From Eledone cirrhosa (Eukaryota): DNA of 64,000 bases. Positions 1 through 14,405 of this stretch are shown here, one piece after another; the first letter of the stretch is position 1; each line of letters starts with the position of its first letter. Where the stretch lies: NCBI GenBank assembly GCA_964016885.1, contig OZ024740.1:293260001-293324000 (forward strand), written 5' to 3'. Position numbers and translations under genes: made by a program. The notes under the pieces are model-generated. The model worked only from the letters and a program-made list of their open reading frames with translations. It made no database searches and was not told where the DNA came from.

Positions 1-312
1 ACTGCTCTTGTAGGATGAAATAGAAGCAATAAAAATGTAATATCGAATCCGTTGTGTATGAGACAGAGATTACACACAACATCATAGAAAATTCTGAAGT
101 TAGTGAAAGATATGTAGTATGGGCAAAATCGTTTTACACAACGTTTATACTCACATCTCCACTCCTTTATGGACCCTGATATGAGAACCAGCACTACCTT
201 GGCAAAAGGAATCTGGCAAATAAAGTAGAAATGGATCCCAAGTAAGATTAGTTGGAAGGTAATTGAAAGGTCCAGACCTTATAACAACGGTACCAAAAGA
301 CGTTGTTTCAAG
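1..312 (+). pseudogene. Decayed Penelope-like GIY-YIG endonuclease C-terminal fragment (Naiad-like)
   Basis: Manual translation with stops/frameshifts: CSCR..KCNIESVVYETEIT..RFTQRLYSHLHSFMDPDMRTSTTLAKGIWQIK*KWIPSKISWKVIERSRPYNNGTKRRC. Colinear with the PLE ORF at 55357-56026. Confidence 0.65.
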
Positions 313-950
313 ATTTTAATTTATAAGTGGCCTGCTCAAAACAGAACACATACATGATTGAAAATGATTGAAAATGATTAAATCGAACAACGTTCCTAAC
401 GAAGTCGCATTCTATATCTGTTATTCTGTTCTTAAGATTGTGATAAATTGTCACGTAAAAGTAATATTCCTTGAGAAATGTTGTAATACAAGATTTAGAA
501 CCAAGCATTAGTTGACTCATCTCTAGAAGGTAAGCACAATTAAACCCATAAAAGGTAAAATAGTTCAACTAAACAATCATTGCAGCTTTTGGATCACGCA
601 GTCCAATTTTGTCTAAAAACATAAAAGGGAAAAAAATCACTTTCGGTAACATTTTCATCTTTCAAATAAAGTATTTGGGAGCAAATATTTTGCCATTATT
701 TTCTTCATGTTTTCTATTAATGGCTATATGATTAATTATCTCTGTAGCAACAAGAATGCTGTCAAATTCCAATGTCGATATCATTTGTCAGTTTATATTC
801 CAGTGAGTCGATGTGATTCAAGTATAATTTGCTAGTCTTAGATAAAAAAATATGCGGAAAAACAACTACAAAACATGTTTTAGATGTGAAGCATTGATGG
901 TGTCACATAATTCTCGGAGAGCATCTTCACTGTCATTATTTACAGCAAAA

Positions 951-1165
951 GGGTGGTGGGTTGGCAGTGTCGGTAGAGTGTCGTACAGCATTCTTTTACC
1001 ATAGAGTTACAGCCTTTTACCTTCTGTGTTCAAATCATGCCGAGGTTAGCTTTACCTTTCATACTTACGGGATCGACAAAATAAAGTACCAGTAATACAC
1101 TGAGTTGATTTAATCGACATTCCCCTCCCCAAAAATAGTTGGCCTTGTACTAAAATCAGAATATA
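951..1165 (+). mobile_element. tRNA-derived SINE, family A
   Basis: A-box-like tggcagtgtcgg, B-box gttcaaatc, core tttacctttcatacttacgggatcgacaaaataaagtaccag, tail ggccttgt..agaa. Confidence 0.8.
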
Positions 1166-1335
1166 TTATTTAGGCAGTTGGTTGGCGGAATGGCATGAGA
1201 GGGGACCAAAATGGTCAATAATTTGAAGAATCAGTAGAGCAACGGAATTGGATGGACGTCGACTAACATTGTCAGTTGAGTAGTAAAGAAATTGTGGGCG
1301 TGACTGCTGTTGGATTGCATAATCTGTAGAGCTTC

Positions 1336-1583
1336 GTCTTCTTCTTCTTCTTCTTCTTCTTCTTCTTCTTCTTCTTCTTCTTCTTCTTCTTCTTGAGAGG
1401 ATCGTGGGGGCTGAGTCCTCAAACACTCCTTCCAGCAGACCCTGTCAGAAGCAACCGTCTCCAACTTATCCGACTGGATTCCCAAGCGAGATCAGCCAAG
1501 CTCGGGGATATTATCCAACCATCATACTCGTAGTCTACCCCTGGTTCTCTTGTTGGTTGATTTTGCCCGTAAAATCTGACCAG
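1336..1583 (-). mobile_element. 3' end of RTE-clade LINE with (GAA)n tail
   Basis: Minus strand reads KRTRGRLRV*WLDNI..LGIQSDKLETVASDRVCWKECLRTQPPRS then (GAA)n. Homologous copies near 36670, 38155 and 44500. Confidence 0.7.
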
Positions 1584-1828
1584 TGATTATTTCCTTTAGA
1601 GCAACTGACAAAATAGTGTTGGGGGGGGGGGGATTATTATAGCAGTGAACAAAATACCTTGCAGTATTTAACCATGCCTCCTTACGTTGTGACTCTGAGT
1701 CTCAGCATGGCCATCTACGCCAATCATATTTTTTGTAACGATAAAATAAGTACTACATCTATATAATAGATTTACCATTCACCCAAAATTACTGCCCTTG
1801 TGTCTCAATTAGAAACCATTATTATATT

Positions 1829-2245
1829 GGCAGTATCGGTAGAGGGTCAGACATGCTTTCCAGCATAGTTACTTCCCTTTACGATCTGAGTTCAAATCCC
1901 GGCGAGGTTAACTTTGCCTTTCATCCTTACGGGGTCGATAAAATAAAGTACCAGTAACGTACTGGGTAATTGCTGTCCTTGTGCCAAAAGTAGAAAGAAT
2001 TATTATTACAGGGCGGTGGATTGGCAGTATCAGTAGAGGGTTGGACGCCATGCTTTGCAGCATAGAGTTACGGCCCTTTATGGTCTGAGTTCAAATCTCG
2101 CCGATGTTAACTTTGCTTTTCATCCTTACGGGGGTCGATCAAATAAAGTACCAGTAATGCACTGGAATAATTGCTAGCCTTGTGCCTAAAGTAAAAACAA
2201 ATGCACTGGGTAATTGCTGGCCTTGTGCCTAAAGTAGAAACAATT
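1829..2245 (+). mobile_element. Two tandem SINE family A copies (approx. 1829-2000 and 2011-2245)
   Basis: Both have ggcagtatc(g/a)gtagaggg, gagttcaaatc and gttaactttgc(c/t)tttcatccttacggggg. The second has a duplicated tail. Confidence 0.85.
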
Positions 2246-2256
2246 ATTATTATTAT

Positions 2257-2287
<31 letters not shown>

Positions 2288-2291
2288 TTTA

Positions 2292-2322
<31 letters not shown>

Positions 2323-2411
2323 GGTGGTGGTGATGCTGGTAGCGGTGTTGTTGGTGGTGTAGGTGGTGGTGGTGGTGGTGGTGTTGGTGGTGGTAGTGGT
2401 TTTGTTGTTGA

Positions 2412-2444
<33 letters not shown>

Positions 2445-2472
2445 CAGTAGTAGTAGTAGTAGTAGTAGTAGT
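2245..2472. repeat. (TAT)n/(TAG)n/(TGG)n compound microsatellite grown from SINE tail
   Basis: Directly visible. Confidence 0.9.
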
Positions 2473-2587
2473 TTTATAGTAATTATTTATAAAATGGTAA
2501 CTGCACTCTAAAATGTTATTTGTGACATATTTCAAGTAAGAGTGCTTGACACTATTACTTTCCATCTTGTCACACATATAGGCAGAA

Positions 2588-2613
2588 ATGTAGTGATATT
2601 AGTCTCAGCCATT

Positions 2614-2648
<35 letters not shown>

Positions 2649-2880
2649 GCAGCAATGTAGTGATGGTAATCTCAGCCATTGACACACACACACACACACA
2701 CATACGCAGCAATGCAGTGATGATAATGTTAGCCATTGACATATACAAACACACACACACACACATACACATACGCAACAATGTAGTGATGGTAATCTCA
2801 GCCATTGACACACACACACACACGCGCACACACAGACACACACAGACACAGACACATACACAGCAATGTAGTGATGATAA
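2588..2880. repeat. Minisatellite, approx. 62-80 bp unit with internal (CA)n
   Basis: About 5 copies of atgtagtgatggtaatctcagccattgac(ac)n..catacgcagca. Confidence 0.85.
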
Positions 2881-3689
2881 TGAACTCCACAAAAAATTCA
2901 GTAAGTTACAAAACAAAGAAAGCCATACATTAATCCTGGAAATGTGAGATTCAGTTTATGATGCGAGAGACTGGTTGTGGTTTGGAAATATGTATCAATC
3001 AATAAAAGTCGATAAAATATTATTAAATATAATACCATAATCGCTTAAATTCAAGTTATCCTTTATAATTTAACCATTACATTTCATGTGAACAAAATAA
3101 ATAATTTTGTTTTTAAACAAACTTAATTATTAATAACAAATTAATTTTTTTTATTTATTTATCCGCACCCCACCCCAATACGTTTTAATTTGAAATTTAT
3201 ATCAGTTTTTCTCTCTAAATTTTATTCCAATGTATGTTTTGACGTCAAGCGAAACTTATTAAATTTTCTATTACAGATATCTTACAAATTTCTAAATTCC
3301 AAACCTCAGAACATGTTTGATAATTATCTTCGTTATCTTTTATACAGCTTCATTATTAATAGCTTCAGGAGCCAACGACATGTTAGTGAGTCTTTCTTCA
3401 ATAATGGTGACAGTATCATAGATTTTACTGATAGTGTCTTAATGATACAGTAACTCCTAACACACAGGTTTCATATGGTTAAATGTCTTTCACAGACAGT
3501 TTAACTGGGTTAACTCTAGAATCATTAATATTTTAGTCACGTTAAGGTTTCCGTGTTTGTATTGTATGTTACTTTACAATACACAGATTTATGACTCAAG
3601 TTTTTGTCTATGATTAATGACATCAATAATATGAAATATATATTTTTCATTAATTAAAATAATATCTGTTGTTATTGGTTTTCTTTCGC

Positions 3690-4015
3690 TGGAATAAGCG
3701 AGGAGGTTGGAATAAGCAGAGGGATGGAAAATCGGTAATTTTTCTAGGTTGTCTCTCTTAATTTTTTCAAAATTATTCGTTTAGTTTACATATTGAGACC
3801 CCAACCTATCCTATATATTTTATAACGTATTTGCATTTTTTTAATGTCTAAAGGAAATTAATTGTCGCAGAAAGCTACCGCTTAAAATAAAATTTCGCCG
3901 GCGGAGATAGATTAGCAAAATGTAATAATGGAATAAGAGCGGGGGGGTTAGAAAAAAATCTGAAAAATTAATAAGCGTTGGCGGGGCGGGGCGGTGATTA
4001 TGGGAAAACCGAAGT
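3690..4015. mobile_element. Non-autonomous DNA transposon (MITE), homolog of 8172-8533
   Basis: Shares ggttggaataagc..gaaaatcggtaa..tttacatattgagaccccaac..ggagatagattagcaaaat with 8172-8533. Confidence 0.6.
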
Positions 4016-4384
4016 ATATTTTGACCAAGTGTTATTTGAACAAGTTTTGGTTGCTATTTCAGGCTGGTCGAGCAAATACGCAGAGGCACCTTTGTTTTCA
4101 GTTTTTCAGTGAATGAAATTCATTGTTTTTCATTAATATCAATTCTGGCGTACTTCAAGTCTAGCATCATGAAGAGTCCTTTAGCCTGAAATCACTACAG
4201 AAAATGGCACATTGTAGTAAAATATGTTATCAACGTTAAATTTGGTAATATTAAACAATTAGATAATAACCTCAGGGCGGATTCGTGATAGAGATTTAAA
4301 ACACGCACACACGCACGCATGCCTATATAGAGACATTTGTTTAATTTTACTGATCAGCCAAGTTAAACTAAAGTCTATATACAG

Positions 4385-4755
<371 letters not shown>

Positions 4756-6454
4756 AATTTTAAAGTAACATTATGTTGATATTAAACTGTTAAAACACCA
4801 CCTTAGGACAAAACACATAACTTAACCGAGTGAGGAGGATTACTGGTACTTAAATATCATCTAACATTATATTAAAATGTTTGCAGTAAATTCATGATTA
4901 GAAATTCCTTTATCCTATGTGCACATGACCTTCCCTCTATATAACATTGGCAGCTGCGATATTTCATATACGTAGAATAACCAACATAGTCTGCAAACTG
5001 AAAAGATGGCGGCCAGTTCACATGATACTATATAACTCATGCAACAATAAAATATACATTAATGTACGCTACCAAAACGTATTTTCCTTGGATCAATAAA
5101 ACATATTTTCCTCTCGTGATAATATGACAGAAACCCTCCTGGACTATTGGATAGAATCTAATAAACAGAAAAAAGTATACCGTGAAAAATTATACCATAT
5201 ATTTATATTCATTCATTATCCTGACGATAGATGCTAAAAAAATGATTTGGTAATTCACTGATAAAGAAATAGAATTTTTTTTAATTCAGGTTTTGAATGG
5301 GCGGATATTAAGAGAATAAACAAAATATATATATATATATAAACAACGGATAGAGTATTTCAAAACTGGTTTATGTTTTAAAAATAACCAGACAAAACAT
5401 AGTAAAGACGCACCAACAGTGCTGAGTCATTGAGAGAGACTCTAAGTGGTCCCCGGATCTGCTAAAAACAGCAGCTAAATCATTAAACGAGAGGCACATA
5501 CAATATGATATAGTTTTAAATATAGATTCGAAATGACTATATTTTACTAACAATTAGACAAAACGTTTAATATAGTCTTAAATTTAAATCGAATTTCAAA
5601 GCGAATAGTCCAGAACTTTTACTCTAAGGGTTCCCTATACTCCGACGAAGGGAATTTTAAGTCCCGAAATATTAGGATGAAAGAAAAAAAGATTATAATA
5701 GTAATTAACCTTTTCGTTGCCTTCATTTTACACGTCCATTTTGCATTGTTTTAGCGTTCTTATATATATCACTTTGTACTTTGTAGCCAATAAAAAAGAA
5801 ACGGGCCGGTTATGATTTCAACAATTTTGACCCTGTATCTGTTCGATTAAGAGTAGCAATATTATTTCACCCTCCATCGTTTAAACGCTGTAGCAGATGG
5901 CTCCAATCCTCATCCATTACAACTTTCATAACCAGTCATGGACCAATACTTGAGTAATTAGTCGCGTCCATTGGTGAGATTTCTATTCTTAAGCTGAGTT
6001 CTGAATTCACAATGTGAATTGCGGGAACAGATTCTGAAATCTACCGCCATGATTGTTAATTTGTTGTTAGCGATCCTGAAAGGATAAAAGTTAGGGTTCA
6101 GAGAAGCAGAACAAATATCTGATACTCTATCAGCCACCATAACGACTCTGGAAATTGACCGCCTATTTCCTCTGTTATTTAGCATACTTTGCAAATATAT
6201 TCTATAGATCCTATGAAAATTCAATCGTTTAATTAGAAACAATCACCAAGTATTAAAAATCAACATTTTTAATGTTTTATTTATAATTTATATATAAACA
6301 AATAATATATTCATTAATCACATACATAAAACACACAAAATAAATCAAATATTTTACTCATTTATATAAACAACTAGCAGTGGTACATCCTCAGTTTTAT
6401 ATATATAGATATATTTCGTAAAAGTAATTCCTCTCACACTTCCTCCTTTAATTC

Positions 6455-6492
<38 letters not shown>

Positions 6493-6859
6493 ATATATAT
6501 ATATATCTTCTCCTACACACACACATACCATTCTCTTTACATATCTATTACAACGCCAGATTTCAGCGCTGCTGCCACAACAGCCATAGACCCCCCCCCC
6601 TCTCTCTCTCTCTCACACACACACACATTCGTCCTTTCAATGAGAGGTCTCTTGATAAACCAATAACCTCACGGCCCTGGTGCCATTTAGTTGCACTCTG
6701 GCTGCATACCACTCGGCGAAACTCTACAGTCGGGATATTCTGTCTATTTTCTTTTCACATTTATAATTTATAATCTATTTACACGCGCACGCACACTCTA
6801 ACCAACCACTTTCCAGATTAAGAGACGATTTACACCACAGGAACATCGACTTTAATATA

Positions 6860-7050
6860 ATTGTTTCTACATTTGGCACAAGGCCAGCAATTACCCCAGT
6901 ACATTACTGATACTTTATTTTATCGACCCCGTAAGGATGAAAGGCAAAGTTAACCTCGGCGGGATTTGAACTCGGATCATAAAGGGCCGTAACTATGCTG
7001 CAAAGCATGGCGTCCGACCCTCTACCGATACTGCCAATCCATCGCCCTAA
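6860..7050 (-). mobile_element. SINE family A
   Basis: Reverse complement of family A consensus. Confidence 0.85.
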
Positions 7051-7359
7051 ACATCGACTTTAATATAATAAATACCCGATGCGTGTTGGTTCGTTGGTCC
7101 GATGTCACACCTGAAAACATATACACAGGGCAAGAGAGACTTAACAAATACGTAAAGTGGATTAATTACTGCTAGTTCCATGTATACATATACACACACA
7201 AACTCACACACAAAAACACACACACTGGTCTGCGGAGATATCCCCCATCACCGAATGTTTATAGTTTTTGTAAAAAGTTACCGTTTCTTTTCACACTTTC
7301 TCAATTTCTTTTCTTTTCTTTTTTTCTCAAGTCGATGCTTTCTATATTTATAATAATAA

Positions 7360-7708
7360 TTGTTTCTACTTTTGGCACAAGGCCAGCAATTATTCCAGTG
7401 TATTACTGGTACTTTATATTATCGACCCCGTAAGGATGAAAGGCAAAGTTAACCTCGGCAGGATTTGAATTCAGTCCGTAAAGGGACGCAACTGTGCTAC
7501 AAAGCATGGCGTCCGACCCTCTACCGATACTGCCAATTTACCGCCCTCATTATAATAATAATGAAAATTATAGTGTACAGTGCTCAGATGCACAACTCAT
7601 CAAAGGTGCGTGTATAGTACATAGAATAATTGTTTCTATTTTGGGCACAAGGCCAGTAATTATCCAAGTATGTTACTGGTACTTTATGTTATCGACCCCG
7701 TAAGGATG
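7360..7708 (-). mobile_element. SINE family A (7360-7548) plus partial copy (7627-7708)
   Basis: Reverse complement of family A consensus. Confidence 0.8.
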
Positions 7709-7709
7709 T

Positions 7710-8030
7710 ACTGTGTTCTGATGTCGTAACCATGGCCACGGGTGTTAAACATATCAAATTCAATAAGGTGCTCGGAGTTGTTGTTGGAAAGATGGTTAAT
7801 AATCTTGAGAGTGTCTACCAAGTCTGTTGCCAGATGCTGGAGCTTCAATGTATCCAATGTCCCTGGAAGCAAGGCGTATTCGTTTGGTTGTACGTCTCTG
7901 AACAGTTTCCAGATCAATATTCTGAGTAAGATAGGGATTCCAGATTGGTGACGCAAATTCTAAGTGTGGACGCACCCTAGCTATATACATCTATGAATCA
8001 TTTTAGCCAAATATAGTGAAAACATCTTTT
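7710..8030 (-). pseudogene. CR1/L2-group LINE ORF2 C-terminal fragment
   Basis: YIARVRPHLEFASPIWNPYL..LETVQRRTTKRI and NTRGHGY motifs, frameshifted. Confidence 0.75.
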
Positions 8031-8171
8031 TATTTTTATATATTCTATGTATTCAGTAGCAATTGTATATCCACAATATAACTACTGATATGATGAGTGT
8101 AGTTTTCTTCTAATACTTAAAGTATATTGTTCAGGTTATATGTAAGTTATCTCAACACTAACATTCCCTTA

Positions 8172-8533
8172 CTTTCGGGTTTCAAATAATATGGCGGTTG
8201 GAATAAGCGGATGGTGAAAAATCGGTAAGGTTTCTAGGTTGTTCCTGTTGATTTTTTAAACCTGAATTAGTCGTCTAGTTTACATATTGAGACCCCAACA
8301 CATCCTGTTTATGTTATGAAGTATGGGATTTCTTGTAATGTACTTTTTCGTCATATATAATGTTTTCTAATATATAAAGAAAATTAATTGTTGCAGGAAT
8401 GCTACCAATTAAAATAAAATTTCACCGGAGATAGATTAGCAAAATTTAATAAGTGGAATGGGGGCTGGAATATGAGCAAGGGGATCTGAAAATTAATAAG
8501 TGGGGTGGGTGTGCATTTATTTGAGGCCCAAGA
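8172..8533. mobile_element. MITE with imperfect TIRs
   Basis: ta-ctttcgggtttcaaataa ... ttatttgaggcccaagac-ta. Second copy at 3690-4015. Confidence 0.6.
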
Positions 8534-9459
8534 CTAAGTAATTTGGGCTTTGGTTCTAATATCAAAGAATTTTACTTCGCATACTTTAATTGGTTAGTAT
8601 TTATCATATCATACTTGGTCGAGCAGATCCATGATCAAAGGCATTCCAGTTGAAACCACCATTGCATCTTTTCAGATACTAATTGTTTTAAACTACATTA
8701 TCGAATATGACCTCCCTCTAGCCAGCATGGTGGCATGAGTGTGCGAGCTCGTCCTTCTATAAATAGCAGCAAATCTCCCTCAAATCACAATCAGCCTTCT
8801 TAGAAACTAAAGAGACATTCGATTGATAGTAATAGCAGTCAAATAAAGTCCAAATCAAACATCCTACTCTCTTAGAATTAAGAAGGACTCATTAGACACT
8901 CTAATATAGGTACACGGTGCACGAAAGAAAGAAAGGTGTCTTTGTTACAGTTTGAATAGCTTTGATCATTGGTTTATTCAAACTGGGCCGACGTGGAGAT
9001 ACACAACAACGACTATTGATCTTATTGATCTACTTCTGCAGCTGTAGATGTTTATAGACTGTCATTGGTGTTAATTAGATCATAAAAATAGACATGGCAG
9101 TTTACTAATCAAAAGGCGTATAAAAACAAATAATAATTCGACTTTTACCGTAGAATGCCGTCGGAAATTTAAACGACATCCAAGAAATTAATTGTAAGGT
9201 TGAAAGTTAACACAGCGTGTAGATGTTAAGTGATACGCATTTCTAATTAACCCTTTTGATACCAATCTACTTGAAGCCGCTCCCGGTACTATGATAAAAA
9301 TCATTTTATCATATTTTTATGTATGATCCAATTAAGCTATGCTCCAAACATCACTTAAATAAATGAGAATGTTAGTAGTTTTGTTTCTATAAATTCATGT
9401 TTATTTTCTAAATTATTTAAAAATTATAGGCAGTTCATTTCATTAGAACCAAACGGTAA

Positions 9460-9599
<140 letters not shown>

Positions 9600-9836
9600 T
9601 CTTTATCAACCAAATAGACAAAATGTGTAAAGCAATCAGAAACATTCACAGACAAACATATGCATTCACAAGCTAAACACAGACATACACAAAATATTCA
9701 GAATGTATAGAGAAATGAATATGTATGAGTAAAAAAATACGCATCTGCACGCGTGCGTGTGTATATTTATGTGTATGGTCGTAATGAAGCATGGAACACC
9801 CAATTGCAAAGCAAGACGTACTGCAATAGCAGAGGT

Positions 9837-9900
<64 letters not shown>

Positions 9901-10019
9901 ACTCGAAGTAAACATGTATCTAATGAAGTATATTTTTGTGAAATTACACAGGGTAAAATGGGAAGGGTGAGGTCAGACGTAGGATTAGTCCGGGTGGCAC
10001 TGCGTGCATGGTCCCGTAA

Positions 10020-10272
10020 CTCCTGAGGCAATCGTAGAGGCGCCGTAATGAGGTTCTGAATTAAGCAGATATCTTTCAGAGAATCATAGAAAGTAAGAAA
10101 GAGACATAGAAGAAGAATCGACCTCAGTTCTAAACTAGTACTTTTCTATCAACCTCGAAAAGATGAAAGGTAAAGTTGACTTCGGAGGGATTTGAACTCA
10201 GAGAGCAGAGAGCTGCAACGAATACCGCAAAGTATTCTATCTGACATTCTAACAACTCTGTCAATTCACCGG
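10020..10272 (-). mobile_element. SINE family B (shared central core, longer tail)
   Basis: Aligns with 14095-14405, 22650-22975, 31365-31545, 57865-58184 and 59729-60055. Confidence 0.7.
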
Positions 10273-10417
10273 GTGGTACTAATAGGTAACAAATAATCAC
10301 ATCCTTCCTTGTTCATTTATTCGGGTGAAATTGCTGTCGTCTTCTCACGAAGTCGTGACAACCTCGAGGAATAAATGAATCTGGTTTTCTTCTTTTAAAT
10401 CACTGCAATTACTAGTA

Positions 10418-10614
10418 CGTGGGTGGGCTGAAATGTTCATATGCTGACTATGAAAGAGAGAGGTTAGAGCTGTGAAATTTTGCATGTATTTATTTCAACA
10501 CGTTTTATTAATCACTGCATTATTTCCATCCAGGAACTAAGTTAAAAATAAACCTCATTTGGTCATTCCATGAGAGTGTCTAGGTCAGCCTATGAACTAT
10601 TCAATCGACTCTCG
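10418..10614. mobile_element. Mariner-type MITE, TA flanks
   Basis: Imperfect approx. 31-bp TIRs cgtgggtgggctgaaatgttcatatgctgac / gtcagcctatgaactattcaatcgactctcg, TA on both sides. Confidence 0.65.
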
Positions 10615-11667
10615 TAGACGAATCAGTTAGAGTAATGGGCACACAAGTGAGCCTTCTTCATAAAATCTGTGATGTTGTTTCGCTGTCTAGATAAAGGCTA
10701 ACATCCACAAATATAGTAGAATCTACCATGGCTTGTTTTTTGTATTTTCTTCTCTCACAGCTGGCCATATTTCTAAAATGCAAAATATATATTCAAACCA
10801 GTTTAAGACTATTGTGGGTTGACTCGGTCAATATCAATTACCGACAAACCATGGCGTTGTGAGCATTCTTTCGGCACTTCTAACAAAAATCTTTTTCCAT
10901 AGGATTGATAATATCTAAGCGGCTGTCGTGGATTTCTGGGAAGAGCTCCTCGCAGTAACTGCTTTAAGTGGCTTACATATTTGATAAATCACAGACAAAT
11001 AGACATTTCTGAATGAGAATGAGTTTCTCGGTTGACATCTTCATAATATTTGCAATATGATTTCGTTACTCTTCCTAAAACCTAATCCTTTGTTAGAAGT
11101 CGGTATCATAGGTTCTAAAATCAATTAATCACAAAGACCCATTTCTAGTTGATCTGTTTGCTTTTGTAACTTGACGGTGCACTCTCGAATTGATTGATCA
11201 ATATTGCATACAAAACATGTACTTAGCATGTTCAGCTGTCCTACTTTGCTTTGAGATGAACGGTGATGAATTCGACGTTTAATGGACGCACATGGCAGGT
11301 CGTTGAACGACAGGGGAAAAGTTTTCTTATACATAGCTATTAAGTTGTAACTCCTCCAAACATTCGAAACGCTCAAAATTATCTGAACCATCATTCTCCA
11401 AAATATCCATATATGCCTAGTTGACTTCATGGAAATTTACTTAGAAACAACCACCAAGTATTTCAATGTTATATTTATAAGTTCACTATTTACATAAATA
11501 ATATATACAATATTTAACAATATAAATCAAATACATTTGACAAATGACTGTAACTACCAAAATGGAGTATTTTTTTTACTCATTTATAATTTAAGAATAA
11601 ACTATTTTTTTTATACAGTGTAGGTTTAAAAAGCAATTCGATGTCACCATCACAGTTGCTGTCATCA

Positions 11668-11728
<61 letters not shown>

Positions 11729-12027
11729 GCTCTCTCTGTCTCTCTTCCCCCTCTCCCTCTCTTTCTCTCTGTCTCTGTCTTCCTCTCTCTCACTTCGCCC
11801 CCCCCCCCTCTCTCTCTCGCTTTCTCACTCACACACAACATAATCGGTTTAAAAATGAAATTGCTCTTTTAGTTCTCTATTTCTGTTATTTATAAGTTAT
11901 ATAAATACACAGAAGACATGAAAATAAATCGAATAAATTTAACCAATGACAAAGTGGAATATTTTTTACTCATTTTTAAATTGAAGAGAAATAATATTTT
12001 TTTCCTACAACTGCCGTTTAAAAACAT

Positions 12028-12210
12028 AATTGTTTCTATTTTAGGCACAAGACCAGCAATTACCCAGTACATTACTGGTACTTTATTTTATCGACCCCGT
12101 AAGGATGAAAGGCAAAGTTAACCTCGGCGGGATTTGAACTCAGATCATAAAGGGACGTAACTCTATGCTTCAAAGCATGGTGTCAGACTCTCTACCGATA
12201 CTGCCAATCC
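12028..12210 (-). mobile_element. SINE family A
   Basis: Family A consensus, flanked by the direct repeat ccgtttaaaaacataat (TSD-like). Confidence 0.85.
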
Positions 12211-12631
12211 GTTTAAAAACATAATACAGCCCCACCAGCACCAGCGCTACCGCTATCTTTCTATTTTGCTCTCTCTCGCACTTATAACACCTACTTTCCT
12301 CAATGTGACCGAAATTTTATAAAGTAATTCCTTTTTTATTCTCTCTCTTCCCCCCTTTTCTCTCTCTTTCTTGCTCTTTCTTACTCTCCCTTTCTCGCAT
12401 ACACATACCATTCCTTTTCCATAAATACGGGAGATAAAAAAATTTTTTAAAAGCTCGAGGCTGCTGCCTTCACCACCGGCACCGGCACCGTCGCCGCCGC
12501 TTTGTTTTATCTAACGCACATGTATTCTAACTAGCCCCAAAGAATTCCAAACTATCTCCTATGAAGATATTTATCGCTAAATTTGTAATTAGATCCGTTA
12601 ATGTATGCATTGAGTTTGCAGTTGAAGTGGT

Positions 12632-13000
12632 GGTAGTAAGCGCCCAGGCGGGATAATTCTCTTCCCATTCAAAAGAGTTAAATCCATAATCTGGGATGCC
12701 ATATACTGCGACTCGTTCTATGTCTGTAACCTTGATGCATCGGTTGCAAACGCGGGAACCGCCATGTGTAATGCCTGGGAGAGGAAGCGAACGAAATAAA
12801 TGGGCTTGACTGACCGCTTCCTTTCCGTGTTGGTCGTTGTCGAAACCTTAGATATCTTCGGTCCCCGCACTACTGTTTTCCTCCGCACAATCGGGAAGAT
12901 TGCAGCCTGCCTGTGAAAAGAATCCCTTCAGTTAGATTGTTGTTTCAAAGAGTGTCTCCGCGACAAAGCCTACGGCTGTTTGTCCACGGGGCGCAGCTAA
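12632..13000 (+). pseudogene. CRE-like non-LTR retrotransposon restriction-like endonuclease fragment
   Basis: Single frame GSKRPGGIILFPFKRVKSIIWDAIYCDSF..AWERKRTK*..VVVETLDIFGPRTTVFLRTIG matches the RPDG..WD..K..KY..AVET.G RLE pattern. Homolog at 42100-42550. Confidence 0.7.
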
Positions 13001-13487
13001 AACATAGAGCTCAGTCAGGCACACAATCTATAACTCTGTCCCAAATTTCCCTTTCTTTCGTTACTTAATTTCTTTTTTTCTTTTTCTCCTTATTCTTCAT
13101 TTTCTCTAACTTTTTGTTCCTTATTGCAATGTGCATTACACTATTTATATGACAAATGAATAATAATGGTAACATTTTATTGAACAACATAGACCAATGA
13201 TTAAGAAGTTCCCTGCGCAATTATCACGTCCATGTCCGATCCTCATGAGTGACAACTTGAGCAATGGATATTTACTATCGACTCACGTCTTCCCATACCG
13301 TGTGAGTGAAACTGGCTGGACGCTTGTTGGATAGAGTGTACCCTTCATTCAAAGCTCCTCTCTTGTCACTCACTGTGTCACTGTAAATCTCCCTAAAAAT
13401 TAACTTTAAAATCAATCAATCAATATTTATTATTTCAAATAATAGAACACAGAGAAATATGTACACATACATAAACCATATTAAAAT

Positions 13488-13675
13488 AATTGTTTCTATT
13501 TTTGGCACAAGGCCAGCAATTATCTCAGTGCATGACTGGTACTTTATTTTATTGACCCCGTAAGGATGAAAGGCAAAGTTAACCATGGCGGGATTTCAAC
13601 TCAGGTCATGAAAAGCCGTAACTCTTTGCTGCAAAGCATGGTGTCCGACCCTCTACCGATACTGCCAATCCACCG
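13488..13675 (-). mobile_element. SINE family A
   Basis: Family A consensus. Confidence 0.85.
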
Positions 13676-14094
13676 AATGTCATAATATCATTGTCTTTTT
13701 GCTGAATTGTGGTGACCTTTGCATTCAGTTATTTTTTTACCATTCTCTGGAATGTGGTTTTCGGTCTTTGTCTCTTGAGGATATCTCCTGGTAGTAGATG
13801 TAACTGAAGTCACTCAGCATGGAAGTTCCTAATTGGATGTCAGATTTGATGACCAATCAATGTCAATCGCCGGTTTCGAACCTGAGCAGAAAGATGTGAC
13901 TGTTATGTTCGTGTAAAAGTTAAAAGTACACTTGCCTTTATTATCTTCAGTGAACTAAACGTTAACTTCATAATGAGGGTGTTCTGTTGATCGAACAACT
14001 GGAACACTCAACAGTTAAGCCATCGAACGTTCATTCCATTGCACTTGTAATGTCCATTTGCAAAACAAGACGTACTGGAATAATCCTTTAGTTC

Positions 14095-14405
14095 CATAAC
14101 TCCTGAGGGAGTCGTAGGGGGACCGTATTGACATACGGCATTTCTAGGGCATTATTAAAACCTGCTTGAGCCCAATCCTCTCCAGGTCTGAATACAGCAG
14201 ATATCTTCCAGAGAAGGATAGAGAAAGTAAGAGTGAATGGAAGTGAGAAAGAGATATAGAGGAAAAATCGACCCCAGTACTATACTAGTACTTTATTTTG
14301 TCGACCTCGAATAGATGAAAGTTGACCTCAGCGGGATTTGAACTCATAGAGCAGAAACGAATACCGCAAAGAATTCTATCCTACGTTTTAATAACTCTGC
14401 CAATT
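14095..14405 (-). mobile_element. SINE family B
   Basis: Family B alignment: ctcctgagggagtcgtag..tccaggtctgaatacagcaga..gggatttgaactc. Confidence 0.75.

Noticed and set aside
951-1060. tRNA genes from A/B boxes
   Set aside because: These are SINE heads with no cloverleaf
10640-11430. Possible decayed DNA transposase on the minus strand
   Set aside because: No motif could be confirmed by eye
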